Origin: Carcharhinus longimanus
Taxonomy: Eukaryota
Direction: 5' to 3'
DNA length: 64,000 nt
NCBI GenBank assembly: GCA_030264375.1
Contig: JASCQW010000119.1
Coordinates: 7,926,026 to 7,990,025 of the forward strand
The position numbers and the translations under genes were made by a program. This document shows, piece after piece, positions 41,301 to 53,800 of the stretch (positions are counted from its first letter, which is position 1; each line of letters opens with the position of its first letter). The notes beneath the pieces are model-generated. The model was given only the letters and a program-made list of their open reading frames with translations. It ran no database searches and had not been told where the DNA came from.

Positions 41301-41805
41301 GGTGACCTTCCTTTCTTAAATCATGCGTTCAAATGGAAAGCCTGAATTTCACGGAAATAGATGAGTAGGCTATGACTGTGTGGATTTCTGTTACCTGACC
41401 ATGTCATGAAATTACAACCAAACTGTCAAGTAAACACAGTTTCACTTACATTTGTTTCGCATTTTGCCCTGCCGTATTGACAATATTATTTTATTGACGA
41501 CTCTTCAAGCATGTTTCTCTTTCAAATGTATTTTTTACAGAATTTGTAAATTCAGGGAAATGGACCAATTATGCTGTGCTAAATTCTTCACGATTCTAAA
41601 AAAAATGTTGATTTCATTTGTTTTTAGTGTTTTAAATATACGGCTTAACTTCATCTAAGTTTGCTTTTTAACTTAAGTTTTAAACCATGACATTTCTGAC
41701 TTCCAAAATTATGCCTTCTGTGTTTTTTTTTTGTTTACAAAAATCAGAAAGCATACAATATTCACAATCTAGTATTGTGTTACCTATTTGTACTATAACA
41801 TTATA

Positions 41806-41840
<35 letters not shown>

Positions 41841-44800
41841 GATTCATATGTAAATTATTTGCATCAAGTAGTGTCTGTGTGTGTTTCAGAAGTAAAAGTT
41901 TACAAAGAGGAAATCACAGACTTAGGTCAGAAAAAAAACTCGTATTTATGTCAAATTTCATGCTGCTACTCTCATGTGAATCAATACATTTGATATGATC
42001 CAATTCATTCGTATTTTTCGACTTAATTTACCGATTAGATTTTTGGTTGTATAGTGCCAAAAAAAAGCTCTGAATCTCTCAGCTACCTTTTTTCATTACA
42101 GAGTAAACAAACTGTTTACGAGATAACAGAAGCATTGCGAGAATGCGACGTGAGAATTAAATGGTTTGCATCTCTTTACGCGTTTTGTTTTATGAGGAGA
42201 CAAGGAAGAAATATATGCAATCAACTTCAACCTTTCGGAATAAAAATTTGCTTCCCCAAACATGGTCGTGAGTAGATCATGACGTGGTTTAGCAACATTT
42301 GTGAGCATCTATGCGTGTGTGGTTGAAAACGCGCACAAGGTCTTTCCTTTTGATCCAAAAAAAATGTTGCATTCTGCAGTGCAATGACTGAAGAAAGCAG
42401 TTCAATCAGATTCAAACAAACTTGCCTTAAGGAACTTCAAATCTTAATTCTAAAGCACGTCATAGCTCTGCCGGGAAAGATGGCACAACCTCTTTGGAGT
42501 GTGGTGAACATTTATTTGATGGCGTCATGAATTTGATGGTGTCATGTATTCCGTTGGACAGTCCGTGCAGACCCCATAGAAGTAATTATCTTTGTCTGCA
42601 AATAAGGTTTGCACAATTCCCTGATTAGAATTATAGTGTCTGTGAGGTTGATGTCGCAGAGAAAAAAAAATCACAAGAATTGAGATACAGGTATCGCTGA
42701 GATGGGCGGAAATCTTTGGCCTTGATAACCTAAGAACCTGAGTTCTCCGCCAGACCTCAATTGGATTTTGCATGATCTCGCCCCCTTCCCCCGTCCCCCA
42801 CCCCTTCCTGACCCCAATAGACTCAACTGCCCGCCCCCTACCTCCTCCCCTNNNNNNNNNNNNNNNNNNNNNNNNNNNNNNNNNNNNNNNNNNNNNNNNN
42901 NNNNNNNNNNNNNNNNNNNNNNNNNNNNNNNNNNNNNNNNNNNNNNNNNNNTCTCCGCCAGACCTCAAGTGGATTGTGCATGAGCTCGCCCCCGTCCCCC
43001 GTCCCCCACCCCGTCCTGACCCCAAAAGACGCAACTGCCCGCCCCCTCCCTCCTCCCCTCCTAACGGAATTAAAGTGGCAGACAGGATGGGAGAATCATG
43101 GCCAATATCATTGCAGTCTTACATTCCAACCTTTGCCTCATTCCATCGACCTTCACCATCGGCTTGCATACCACAAATATCAGAAACGATGTCCCAGTCC
43201 TGCCCTCTATTATTCTCAAAAATTTGGGGGATGTTTTCCTCTACTCAGACAGGTAACTTATGTAAAACGCGGTATATATCCGACAATGGCAAATGTAGAC
43301 TGTTAGCTCTTAGAGAAATTACAGAGACCACTGTGAAATTAACTATTAAATCTGCCATTTGATTGAATAGGAAAACATTTGGAAAAGAAAGAGCAAGGTA
43401 TTAATAAGGCAACAAACCTGTGCAGATCTGTAGAAAATGCAACGTGCCCGTTCTTCTGCATGCCGACATGCGTTTAGCACTACTAGATAAACATGTCATA
43501 TGTAGCGTACCTCTTGTGTTTCTGTTGTTATGCAGAGCTACATTTCTGATATATGCAAAGTCAAATACCTGGCAATAGTCGAAAAATGTGACGGGCCTAG
43601 CAGAACATTAGATGTCCACTTCGCCTGGGATCAAATATTATATTCACGGACGACCGGCAGCATCTTATGAAATCAAATATATAGAAATAATGATTTCAAC
43701 TTGATCAAGCATCAACCAGCATGGCCGTTCTTGCAAACAACACTATATTGCTGATACTCCAAGGTATTGAATTGTTTGAACTTGAACTGTAGTATTTTTT
43801 TTTTCCATAGCCTTTGATAAGAAATGCCCAACGACAAGTATGTAGTTTAATATACACATGTCAAAATCATTGTGTTTATTTCAAATCAACAACTTGCCAT
43901 CCAACAGGGAGGCAGAGGAAACGAAATTGCATGCGTCAGACGACTCATCTTGGTTCAGTTGCACACGTTGAATTATGCTAAGCTTACCAGTGGTTGGCAG
44001 AATCAATATCAGATAATTCAATTCGAGGCTGCCACAATATTTTGAAGGTAATCATTATTAATCCACGCAAGTGAAATTCTGCGTTGAGTAATCAAAATTA
44101 AAAGGGGACTAAAGGCTACCGAGATGCTGTTGGGTAAATCGAACTCGCAAAACTTGTCAGCATACAGCACCTCAGAGACAAATTTGTCACTTGCTATTGC
44201 AAGGTGCATTAAACAACAATGTAAATTTGCGCCATGTTTGTTTTCTATATATTATGATATGATTTTGGAATAATTGCTAACATTAGCGTTATCAAATTAT
44301 TATTTCTATTGGAATTTTTCTTCTCTATACATATTATAAAACATAATAAACATGACTGTGCATAGTGACCACCAATCTCTGAAAAAAAAAAGTTCCTTCA
44401 GAAAGTTAGTATCAAGAAGATGGAATACAAATTTTACCTCAATAATTATGACGAGGAGGCTGACAAACATTTGTTCAAAACGGACGTTCTTGTTCAGTAG
44501 ACAGGATTGGGGATATAGGTGGGAGAGTAAAATAATAGACAAAAATTCATACATTTTACCTGGGAGTGAATCAGACAGAACAAGTCATTCAATCATCAGG
44601 GCGTCTCTGTTCTGAACACACCAGAGGCGTTCCTGCAACTTATTCTATTATACATTTCACCATGCACCAATTAATTACAAACATGTTTTCTGTTTAAATC
44701 ATGCAGATTTTTCTATTATAACCACAGTGAAATATTGTTTTCATGTCATTGCCAATGCCGCTATGAGGGGAAGTCCCCTATCTGTTCCTAACAATCTGAC

Positions 44801-47800
44801 TTAAATGTTTTCATATATTTATATTTTTTATGTGTGCTCACATTTATTAAAGAACACATAATTATGTCCAATTCGTCTGACCTGTTAAATGTTTTTCACA
44901 TTAACTCTTTAATTTGTTGCGTCGGCCAATACAGTCAAATTCGCCAGCAGAAACCCAGAAAACAAAGCAAATCTGGAGCCACGGTAGAGGGCCAGAACAA
45001 TAAGAACCAAAAAAAAAACACGCACACATGATCACCTATTTGCAACTATGCATTAAATCTCAGAAGCTGCTCACCTGACCGACCTCACGAACGAACCGAA
45101 TAATGTATATATTGTCAGTCAGTAACCCCTGAGCTGAAGTAAATTCCAAACTGAATTTGGAATCCAGTTCAAATTCCAAATGCAATTGTCGTTGAACAAT
45201 TGGCCCGTTAGAATTAAATATAACCAGTGATATTACATTCACAAAATAAACACACATTAAAGACGAGACAAGAGTCATGCAGTTAATTGCAGGTGTCTCG
45301 AAACGGCCATTTATTCAAATGTCCTTCTAAATTATCAGGTTTGCAGGGCATTAGCTTCCCGATGTAAAATATCATAAGAAAACATACGGCTAAATAAAAT
45401 TGAACGACAGTGAAAACGGAGAGCGTGCAATATATAAAGAGGTTCAAGTGCTCAGCGTTAAACACCAATGACTAATAAGCACCGTGGATCGAAAACAGCA
45501 TTAATTTATGTGACTGCACCGGAAACAAGGTCAAGAAGTTCCATAACTGGCACAGAAAAACAAATCGACTGTTTTACCCCCTGACCGAACAAATTGAACG
45601 GGATGGTCAACAGACGCGTAAATAACTCAAAGACGAATTAATTACTGCTTTAAGTCTAATGGTATTATTAAGCATTATTACGTGTTTTTGTTCTGGTAAA
45701 CTGCCAAGATAGCGTTCATCGTTACACACGGAAAACATAAATATCTCCGAGTTGTCATGTCACAGTGAATAGTAACAATTTTATACATGGTTTATNNNNN
45801 NNNNNNNNNNNNNNNNNNNNNNNNNNNNNNNNNNNNNNNNNNNNNNNNNNNNNNNNNNNNNNNNNNNNNNNNNNNNNNNNNNNNNNNNNNNNNNNNNNNN
45901 NNNNNNNNNNNNNNNNNNNNNNNNNNNNNNNNNNNNNNNNNNNNNNNNNNNNNNNNNNNNNNNNNNNNNNNNNNNNNNNNNNNNNNNNNNNNNNNNNTGA
46001 CGACGTCAATTTCAATACGAGAAGAAGTTCACCAAACAAAACCATTCTGATTCCCACATTTGTACGCAAACATTACATATTCTTATCTTTTCCAGGCACA
46101 GCAAATCAATGGGCTGATTGCATCCACACTCGAGGTCACAGAGACGACTGCCTATGCCTCAAACCAGCGAATCAACATATTTAATGTTCGGTTGATTACC
46201 GAGCGGGCACATACTCCCTCTTTCTTTGGAGCCCCATGTAATAAAGGATACATCGTTTAATGTTTCTGTTCATAATTGCAAGCAGGGACTGCTGTGAAAG
46301 ACGTCTTTGCTCAAGCTGCTGAGCAGAATTTCCCATTCGTCCTCTAATGCACAATCCCTTCAGAGGTGGCGATGCGCCAAGCGAACACTGGTCTGCGAAT
46401 CTCACATGGAATCATCGCTCCAAGTCAGCAAGCTGTATTTTTTTTTATTCTGCTCGTTATTCGAATCTATTTAAATTGAGAAAATAGAAAATAAATGTTC
46501 ATTATTCGCTGCCAGTTTTCTGCTGTTGTATCATATGTGAAATTATTTTCTTCATAAGCCTTCCGCGAAATGAAAATGTCCATTTCTTTTCCTACAAATG
46601 ACCTTAGTAGTAAGTTCCAAATATCTTGTTCATTGCAACAGTAATTGGAAATATTTATAATTAATAATAAATTAATATTCTCGTATCTACTCGTTCTGTA
46701 AACGATGTAGATCACGTCAAAATATAGCCTTGTTTTGCATTTGCGTAATATCGAAAGGCCAGACTTCTCTAGGAACACAATCTTCTGTAATCCTGACGCA
46801 ATGACAACTTATTTTTCCCGGAATGTGCAGCTCCATCGAAACTTAGTCATCCATCAACATCGACATTAAGAGCACAGAGCAGTAAGCATTCAGAACGTGT
46901 TTGAATGCCACACAGAAAACTAAGTTTTCAAAAAGTGTCTGCTCCTAATTTACCAATAGATCTAATTAAAGTGCAAAGTAACGTGGGAAATATGAATCAA
47001 TTCAGGTGTTAACGTTGCCGTAAAATCACACTCCATCTCCAAAGCAAAGTGCTACTGCCACTCTGAATCAAACATATTACTGTTGAACACAAAATGCCGC
47101 ACACGCCTGCCGCTATCAGAGCTGTCTGCTATATTGCGAGGTCAATGATATTCTTGCTGCTGCAACCGGGGACACATTAGAAGGCCATTAGTACACATTA
47201 GTATACAGTGGTGGAAAAATTTCTAACAAATGACTACAACAGTAAGATGCATGCTGTTCAGTTGAAATTCGTGAATCACACGTGGTCGAAATCAATGAGT
47301 ATTTTTCATACAACATTTGAAGGTAAATTGCTTGAAGATCATATCTCGGGAATTGAAATAAAATCTGACAGATAGTGAAGTTATAATGAATTAACGTTGT
47401 CATATTCTTTCTTTTCAACATCGATACCATACTTTTATTCAATAGACCAGCGAGTGCTTGAGCTTAGAGAAGGTAAGACTAGCGGAATTACCCTGGCAAA
47501 GGACATTATGTTACATTAAGGCATAGGTAAATTACTATACCGACAGATTTTCCAACTGTGATTCAAATCCAGAAACGAAAAATAAACATATGTCCTCGAC
47601 TACTAATTAGATAAGAAACGGTTAGTTTGGTTGGCATGGGTGACTCAGTGCATATCTGCACCTTGTCGTTGGTGTGGACCAAGCGATATGCATGTTTATT
47701 CTGACTTGTGTGGTNNNNNNNNNNNNNNNNNNNNNNNNNNNNNNNNNNNNNNNNNNNNNNNNNNNNNNNNNNNNNNNNNNNNNNNNNNNNNNNNNNNNNN

Positions 47801-50800
47801 NNNNNNNNNNNNNNNNNNNNNNNNNNNNNNNNNNNNNNNNNNNNNNNNNNNNNNNNNNNNNNNNNNNNNNNNNNNNNNNNNNNNNNNNNNNNNNNNNNNN
47901 NNNNNNNNNNNNNNNNNNNNNNNNNNNNNNNNNNNNNNNNNNNNNNNNNNNNNNNNNNNNNNNNNNNNNNNNNNNNNNNNNNNNNNNNNNNNNNNNNNNN
48001 NNNNNNNNNNNNNNNNNNNNNNNNNNNNNNNNNNNNNNNNNNNNNNNNNNNNNNNNNNNNNNNNNNNNNNNNNNNNNNNNNNNNNNNNNNNNNNNNNNNN
48101 NNNNNNNNNNNNNNNNNNNNNNNNNNNNNNNNNNNNNNNNNNNNNNNNNNNNNNNNNNNNNNNNNNNNNNNNNNNNNNNNNNNNNNNNNNNNNNNNNNNN
48201 NNNNNNNNNNNNNNNNNNNNNNNNNNNNNNNNNNNNNNNNNNNNNNNNNNNNNNNNNNNNNNNNNNNNNNNNNNNNNNNNNNNNNNNNNNNNNNNNNNNN
48301 NNNNNNNNNNNNNNNNNNNNNNNNNNNNNNNNNNNNNNNNNNNNNNNNNNNNNNNNNNNNNNNNNNNNNNNNNNNNNNNNNNNNNNNNNNNNNNNNNNNN
48401 NNNNNNNNNNNNNNNNNNNNNNNNNNNNNNNNNNNNNNNNNNNNNNNNNNNNNNNNNNNNNNNNNNNNNNNNNNNNNNNNNNNNNNNNNNNNNNNNNNNN
48501 NNNNNNNNACCCCCTCCACTCCCTATTCCCCCCCCCCCCCAGGATGATACTGCTTTACATATATTTGCTTTACGCCGTTTTCATCGAATTTTACTGATTC
48601 CAATCACCTCCTACTGTACTCACTGCTAGATAAACAGGGAAAAGGTGTATCTCGTGTCGTTGTTTACGTAAATGCGCACATCTACCAATCCACCCGGGAG
48701 CTTACCATCGACTATTTAAAAGCCAACGTGATATCAACATCAGAACTGACTCTCTTCTGCGATAATCAGAAGATAATCATTAATCCTGAGAGAACATAAC
48801 CCACGAGCCCCTCCACCATCCCTACCACGACCCCAACACACACGCAAACATGCACACACTCATTCCCGTCCTCCTTGTCCTTTCGATGGTGCAATACCTG
48901 GCTCTCCCGCTCTACTCCGTTTACGTGCCAACCTGCTCATTTTGTGGCTTCACAATTTGTTCAGCCACAACAGCGGGTTGGCTATTTTCCAGATATATTC
49001 ACATGCATGTTCTCTGAACTAAGTGCCATACAGTCTCATAGTTCTCCCTTTAAAATGCATACGGACTGGATTTTTTTTTCAGCGCTCATTACGGATTGTT
49101 TCCTACCACCATCCATTTACCACGGCTTACATAGCCTGAATGGTAGTACACCTGGAATCACCTGGCACTAAGACCTCAAGGGCAATAATAACCCCACACC
49201 AATCACAGCAAAAGTACCTCGCATTCCGTTCCACACACACAAGAATTCCATTCCAACCCATGATCTTCCTGCAATTGGAATTACTCATGCTGATTTCATA
49301 TTGGCGCTCTTACATCTGAACGTGCTGCTGGGTGTGATGTCACCGAGTGTTCCTTGTTAAAAATATATTGTGAAATGTACCCGATTGACAACAGGACACC
49401 AGTAACAATATTTCAAGCGTCATGGTGGTTTCCAGTGATCTGCCGGCCAATGATAGAATCATGAAAACAATTTAGATGTTTGACCTTTCTGGATCCATGA
49501 AAACGGGGACATTGGGGAAAACACTATCGTGAATCCCATTTTGTTTTCCTGGCTTGTTAGTTTATGATCCCTGCATACTAACCTCCTGCGGTACGAGTGG
49601 TAGACGTGCCCCGCATTTTCCTACGAAAGCAGTTCTCTTTCCTTCTGGTAAGAACGGGGAGGGAAAGGAGCGACACTTATCCACTATTGATATTTTGAAC
49701 CTGACCTCTGCTTAACAGTTATGCTTCCTGTTTCAGAACTGAAAATTGTTAAACAAAAGTTTGAAACCAAAGGTCAGAACGAGTAATTGCAACTTAAGAT
49801 GCAGAATTAAATTCATAGACAATTGCTTGACAACATTCTCCATTTTTTTTTAACCTTGGAGAGATACGTACATTTTGTAGACTACAACGGATGCATACGG
49901 CATCCCCATTTTATTAAAGATTTGCAACGTTTTGTGGCCGAGCCGATTGAAGGCATGCTCATGAGATATGAAGGGATGAAGTCATTTAAGAAACCTTACG
50001 ACAATTTGAAAATAAACAAACGTTCATTGTTCATTTGTGCGAGAAAATAAGCATTTTGAAGGCCCGTTTAAATCATGAAAATAGAGTAATTGCACAAACA
50101 TGAAATGCTGCGTTGAGGCGAATTCCTATGGACAGGAACCCAATAGTCTAAATGGTCTAATCTTAATCTGAAATAAAAAGTTACATTCGCACTTCATACG
50201 GTTTGACAGAACGAATATGTTTCAACATATAGGACCTTTCGAAATGATGATCCAAAAAGATGTACCTGAAATAATTCAGATGAATAGACAACTGGTATTT
50301 ATTTCAGGTTTTCGGTCCTGCTTCTGAAGTAAGGGCAAACGATTTTAAGTCTTGTTTAGGAAGGGAGAAATATCACAAAAACAGTTAACTGCAGCACCCA
50401 TCACCGCATGTAGAATTTAAGGATGAAAAAATAATAACTCAGTTGAACCTCTGCACATAATTTATAGAACGAATTGGGCAGTTTTGCTAACATATGTGGG
50501 TGAAGAATCATGCCAGTCAGCTTGCTTGAAGTTCAGAAAATTGCATGCCGTTTTCGAAAAAATCTGTGTTTCTTTTCTGAAATGTTGCAGATGTGAAAAC
50601 AGTGGCATCTTTGAAAGATTTTATGTACTTCTAATTTTGTGTGCTGTCTGTGTTCACCACCGTTGGTCTTGGAATCACACTACATTTAAAAGGTCAGTCT
50701 CTGGTCTAGAACCTGCGATTCCATATGCAGTTTATGCCAACAGAGCGTAACGGCGCCCACGACCTGCAGCACTGATAATATTGGGGCAAATAGTTTTGCA

Positions 50801-53800
50801 AATATTTGTCCTTTTTCACAGTGACATTGATGGGACTATGGGAGTGCCGACAATGAGTATATTGGACTGTTTTCTGAGTGGGAGTTTCTCACGCAGATGA
50901 ACATTGTTTATTCACCCTCTTCCACAATAACTATGACTGTGATTGTCACAAATTCGACAGGATCCTAGCTACCTCTCTCTCTCTGTCTCTGTCTCTCTCT
51001 TTCCCTCTGCCTGCGCCATTCTTTCCCACTCATTCATCAATAGCAGCCAATTATCACACAGTTTTCCTTGCAACCTTAAAGATGCAACTTTTGCCATTAT
51101 CCTCCTCTCGTTACGGAATGACAAGTTCTCAGATATTTATTTCAGAGAACCAGAGGGCGAGAAATCTTTCATCGTGCTATTTCAAATTGTTTTACCCTTT
51201 TGGCTGTTACACATGCAATCTCCTCTACTTGAAGCAGAATAAGCATTTGGCACAACACGTTACCCCTGTAACAAAACCAAGAACCCACCCTATTTATGGA
51301 TTCATATTTCAGCCCATCCTCGTGCCACGTGGGCTTCTCAGCATTCTGGGATGCTCATTTTAATTTGATTTAATTTAGTTTATAATCACTGACTCCCCTT
51401 GTGGTGGAGCACATTGTGTTCGCCATTATTAGGACGGGAGTTTTAGTTTCCATATTTTCTGACTTTTTTTTGATGCAAAACTACTTATCCAAACCTTGAT
51501 TTCTCAACCCACACGTGTCCATTTTACACGTTTTTTTTTTCTGCAGTGCTGCTTTCACCAAATATTGCCATGAATTTTTCGATTAATACATTCTTCAACA
51601 CAACTCAATGCCAATATTAGGATATATATTTCAACTTCATCTTCAACATAGGTTGTTTTGCCTCGTGACCAGAAAAATGGTTCCCAACTGAACATCTCCC
51701 AATAATACATGACTTTCTACTCTGCTACTGCCCGTTGTGTGAAGTGTGCATTCCGTATCTCCCCCCTGAGGAAGAGTCATATTGCTCAACGTTTTGTTTC
51801 CGTTCCCCCCCCCTCCTCCCTTCACATAAGTTTGCAAGGATACATGCAATTTTCCGAATGCTCTGCCCTGATAATGATGCTCTAAAATTCTTAAATCCTC
51901 TTCCATGATAAATCCAATGATTAAGGGTTTCGAGGCTATGCTTCTTGATTTTGTTTTTTGCGGAACTCAACGGAATGTCGAAGCAGAACCTCAATTATAG
52001 TCAAGACCATATCTCTGCTCACTAAGAACAGCAGTACGTCTGTATCCTCCTCTCCAACTGAATGTTCGTCACCAGTACGGAGTGGATGATCTGGACCTTG
52101 AAAACAAAGAGTGCGCAGTGGTCTAAACTACTAAAATGTACCATAGTTATTACGCCAACTGTCCCAAATGTACTCCGTCCAAGTGCCGATGCATGAATTT
52201 CTGCGTCCGCACGCTGGAAGTTTTTACACACCACAGTGGCTTGACTAGTGCACTCTTGCACAAGCTGACAAATCCACAAGCCGAATAGACACATGCTCAA
52301 TTCCGCTGTTCCTGCGCGCTGATTCCCCCTACTTGCTTCCCTTCCATCTAACTGGTACTCTGCATTAGCACTGCCCAGATAAGTAACAAAATCGGACGTC
52401 GTCCTTAGACGTAACAATCACCTGTTTTTCTTCATAGTGTTCAGAGTTTGAACTTATGATTATGATAGTACTTATGCGTACGCTCAAATACACACACGCG
52501 CGCGCGCACACACACAAGCACACACACACACGCACACACACACACACACACACATTCATGTGGAGATTTAAACAAACTTAGCAATCGAATAAAATGTGGG
52601 TCTTTACCTGATTCATAACGTGTTATATTCTTCTCCTTTAGCAGAGTAAAATAATCAGAAAAAAACGCACTCTATATTTTAGTAATGACTTCTGATGTAA
52701 AATAGAATTCGGCAATCAGATTTTTTGCATGGATTGCATGAATGCCTTGACGATATCGATTTATGTGTATGATACTTCGGGATTGTCATGGCAATGCATG
52801 CGATAACACGCTCCCCAATAGTCAAAATATGTGAGTCATGTAAATTAATTAACGCGTGTACACTTTTAGCGTGTTTACTTTGCAATTTGACACCACAAAT
52901 GAAACAAATCGCTGAGACATTGTTGACAATTCTTGATGACCTTCAGTACAATCCGAAAAAAGCAAAAAAAAAGACCCGTGTAATATATAATTATGGACTT
53001 ATTTTGAAGCAGCTTTCAATGAAATGTATACATGAAAAAAATGTTTATTTTCAGTGTTATTTTTGAATTAAGAATGGGAGAAATACCTCAGTACAATTTT
53101 TTATTTCAATGGGGCATGCATGTTCCACATTTCTCCATTGAATATGGAAGTTAAGTTGACTGATATCAGCCTTCAAAGTGCTGAGTTCGAACTTGTTTCT
53201 TCAAACGTGGTATTGAACCTGATATACGTTCACCTAAGCATTTTCCTCAAAGGAACCAGTAGCTACACATCTCCATTTAAAATATTTTGAGATACAATAA
53301 AGTTCATCAATGTTCACAATTTGCACCGAAACATATCCGAAGAGTTTTCAGTAATGTGGGCTTAAAAATGGCAGAGGCAGCATCTAAGAATGAAGATGCA
53401 TATTGAAGGGTTCAACAAGTAAGAGTTGGAATTGTGTGGTTTCGTTCTCTTGTAAGTTTCTTCACTCCAAGTTTTAAAAGGTCGATAAACCCTTTGGAAA
53501 GTAGTATACTCCTCCTTGCATTTTACCCAGATGACATGAACAATGTGTTATTTATTGCAGTGTTACATCCAGCCAAGTTGCCATCGCATTCTGAAACATG
53601 CCGAGAGGACGGTAGGAAAAAAACAAAAATATTTACTTGACTTAACAGGTAACCGTGTGGTCTACGTCAGCACTTTTAATGCCAGGGATACATTTCAGAT
53701 GACAGCACAGAACAGATGGCTAATTTGTTACGGCCAACTTTACAACATTCCCAACAATGCAAAATCCAGGAGTTGCGGTCACTGGAGCGGGAGTATGACA

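Larger units (their letters stand above)
36680..47710 (+). repeat. Intragenic segmental duplication, copy 2
   Basis: Collinear with 19850-32210; same five exons in the same order. Confidence 0.9.

Noticed and set aside
42745-43060. ~107-bp direct repeat flanking the gap at 42852-42951 (similar case at 34040-34095)
   Set aside because: Near-identical sequence on both sides of a gap with mostly G/T mismatches; most likely unmerged contig ends, i.e. an assembly artefact.
3734-48629. Long ORFs in the track (3734-4497, 34654-35720, 47563-48629 and others)
   Set aside because: They run through N gaps (poly-X) and are artefacts. The gaps could still hide further microexons.
50591-50617. 27-nt segment DVKTVASLK after ttgcag
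   Set aside because: Followed by attt rather than GT; possibly a decayed exon but unsupported.
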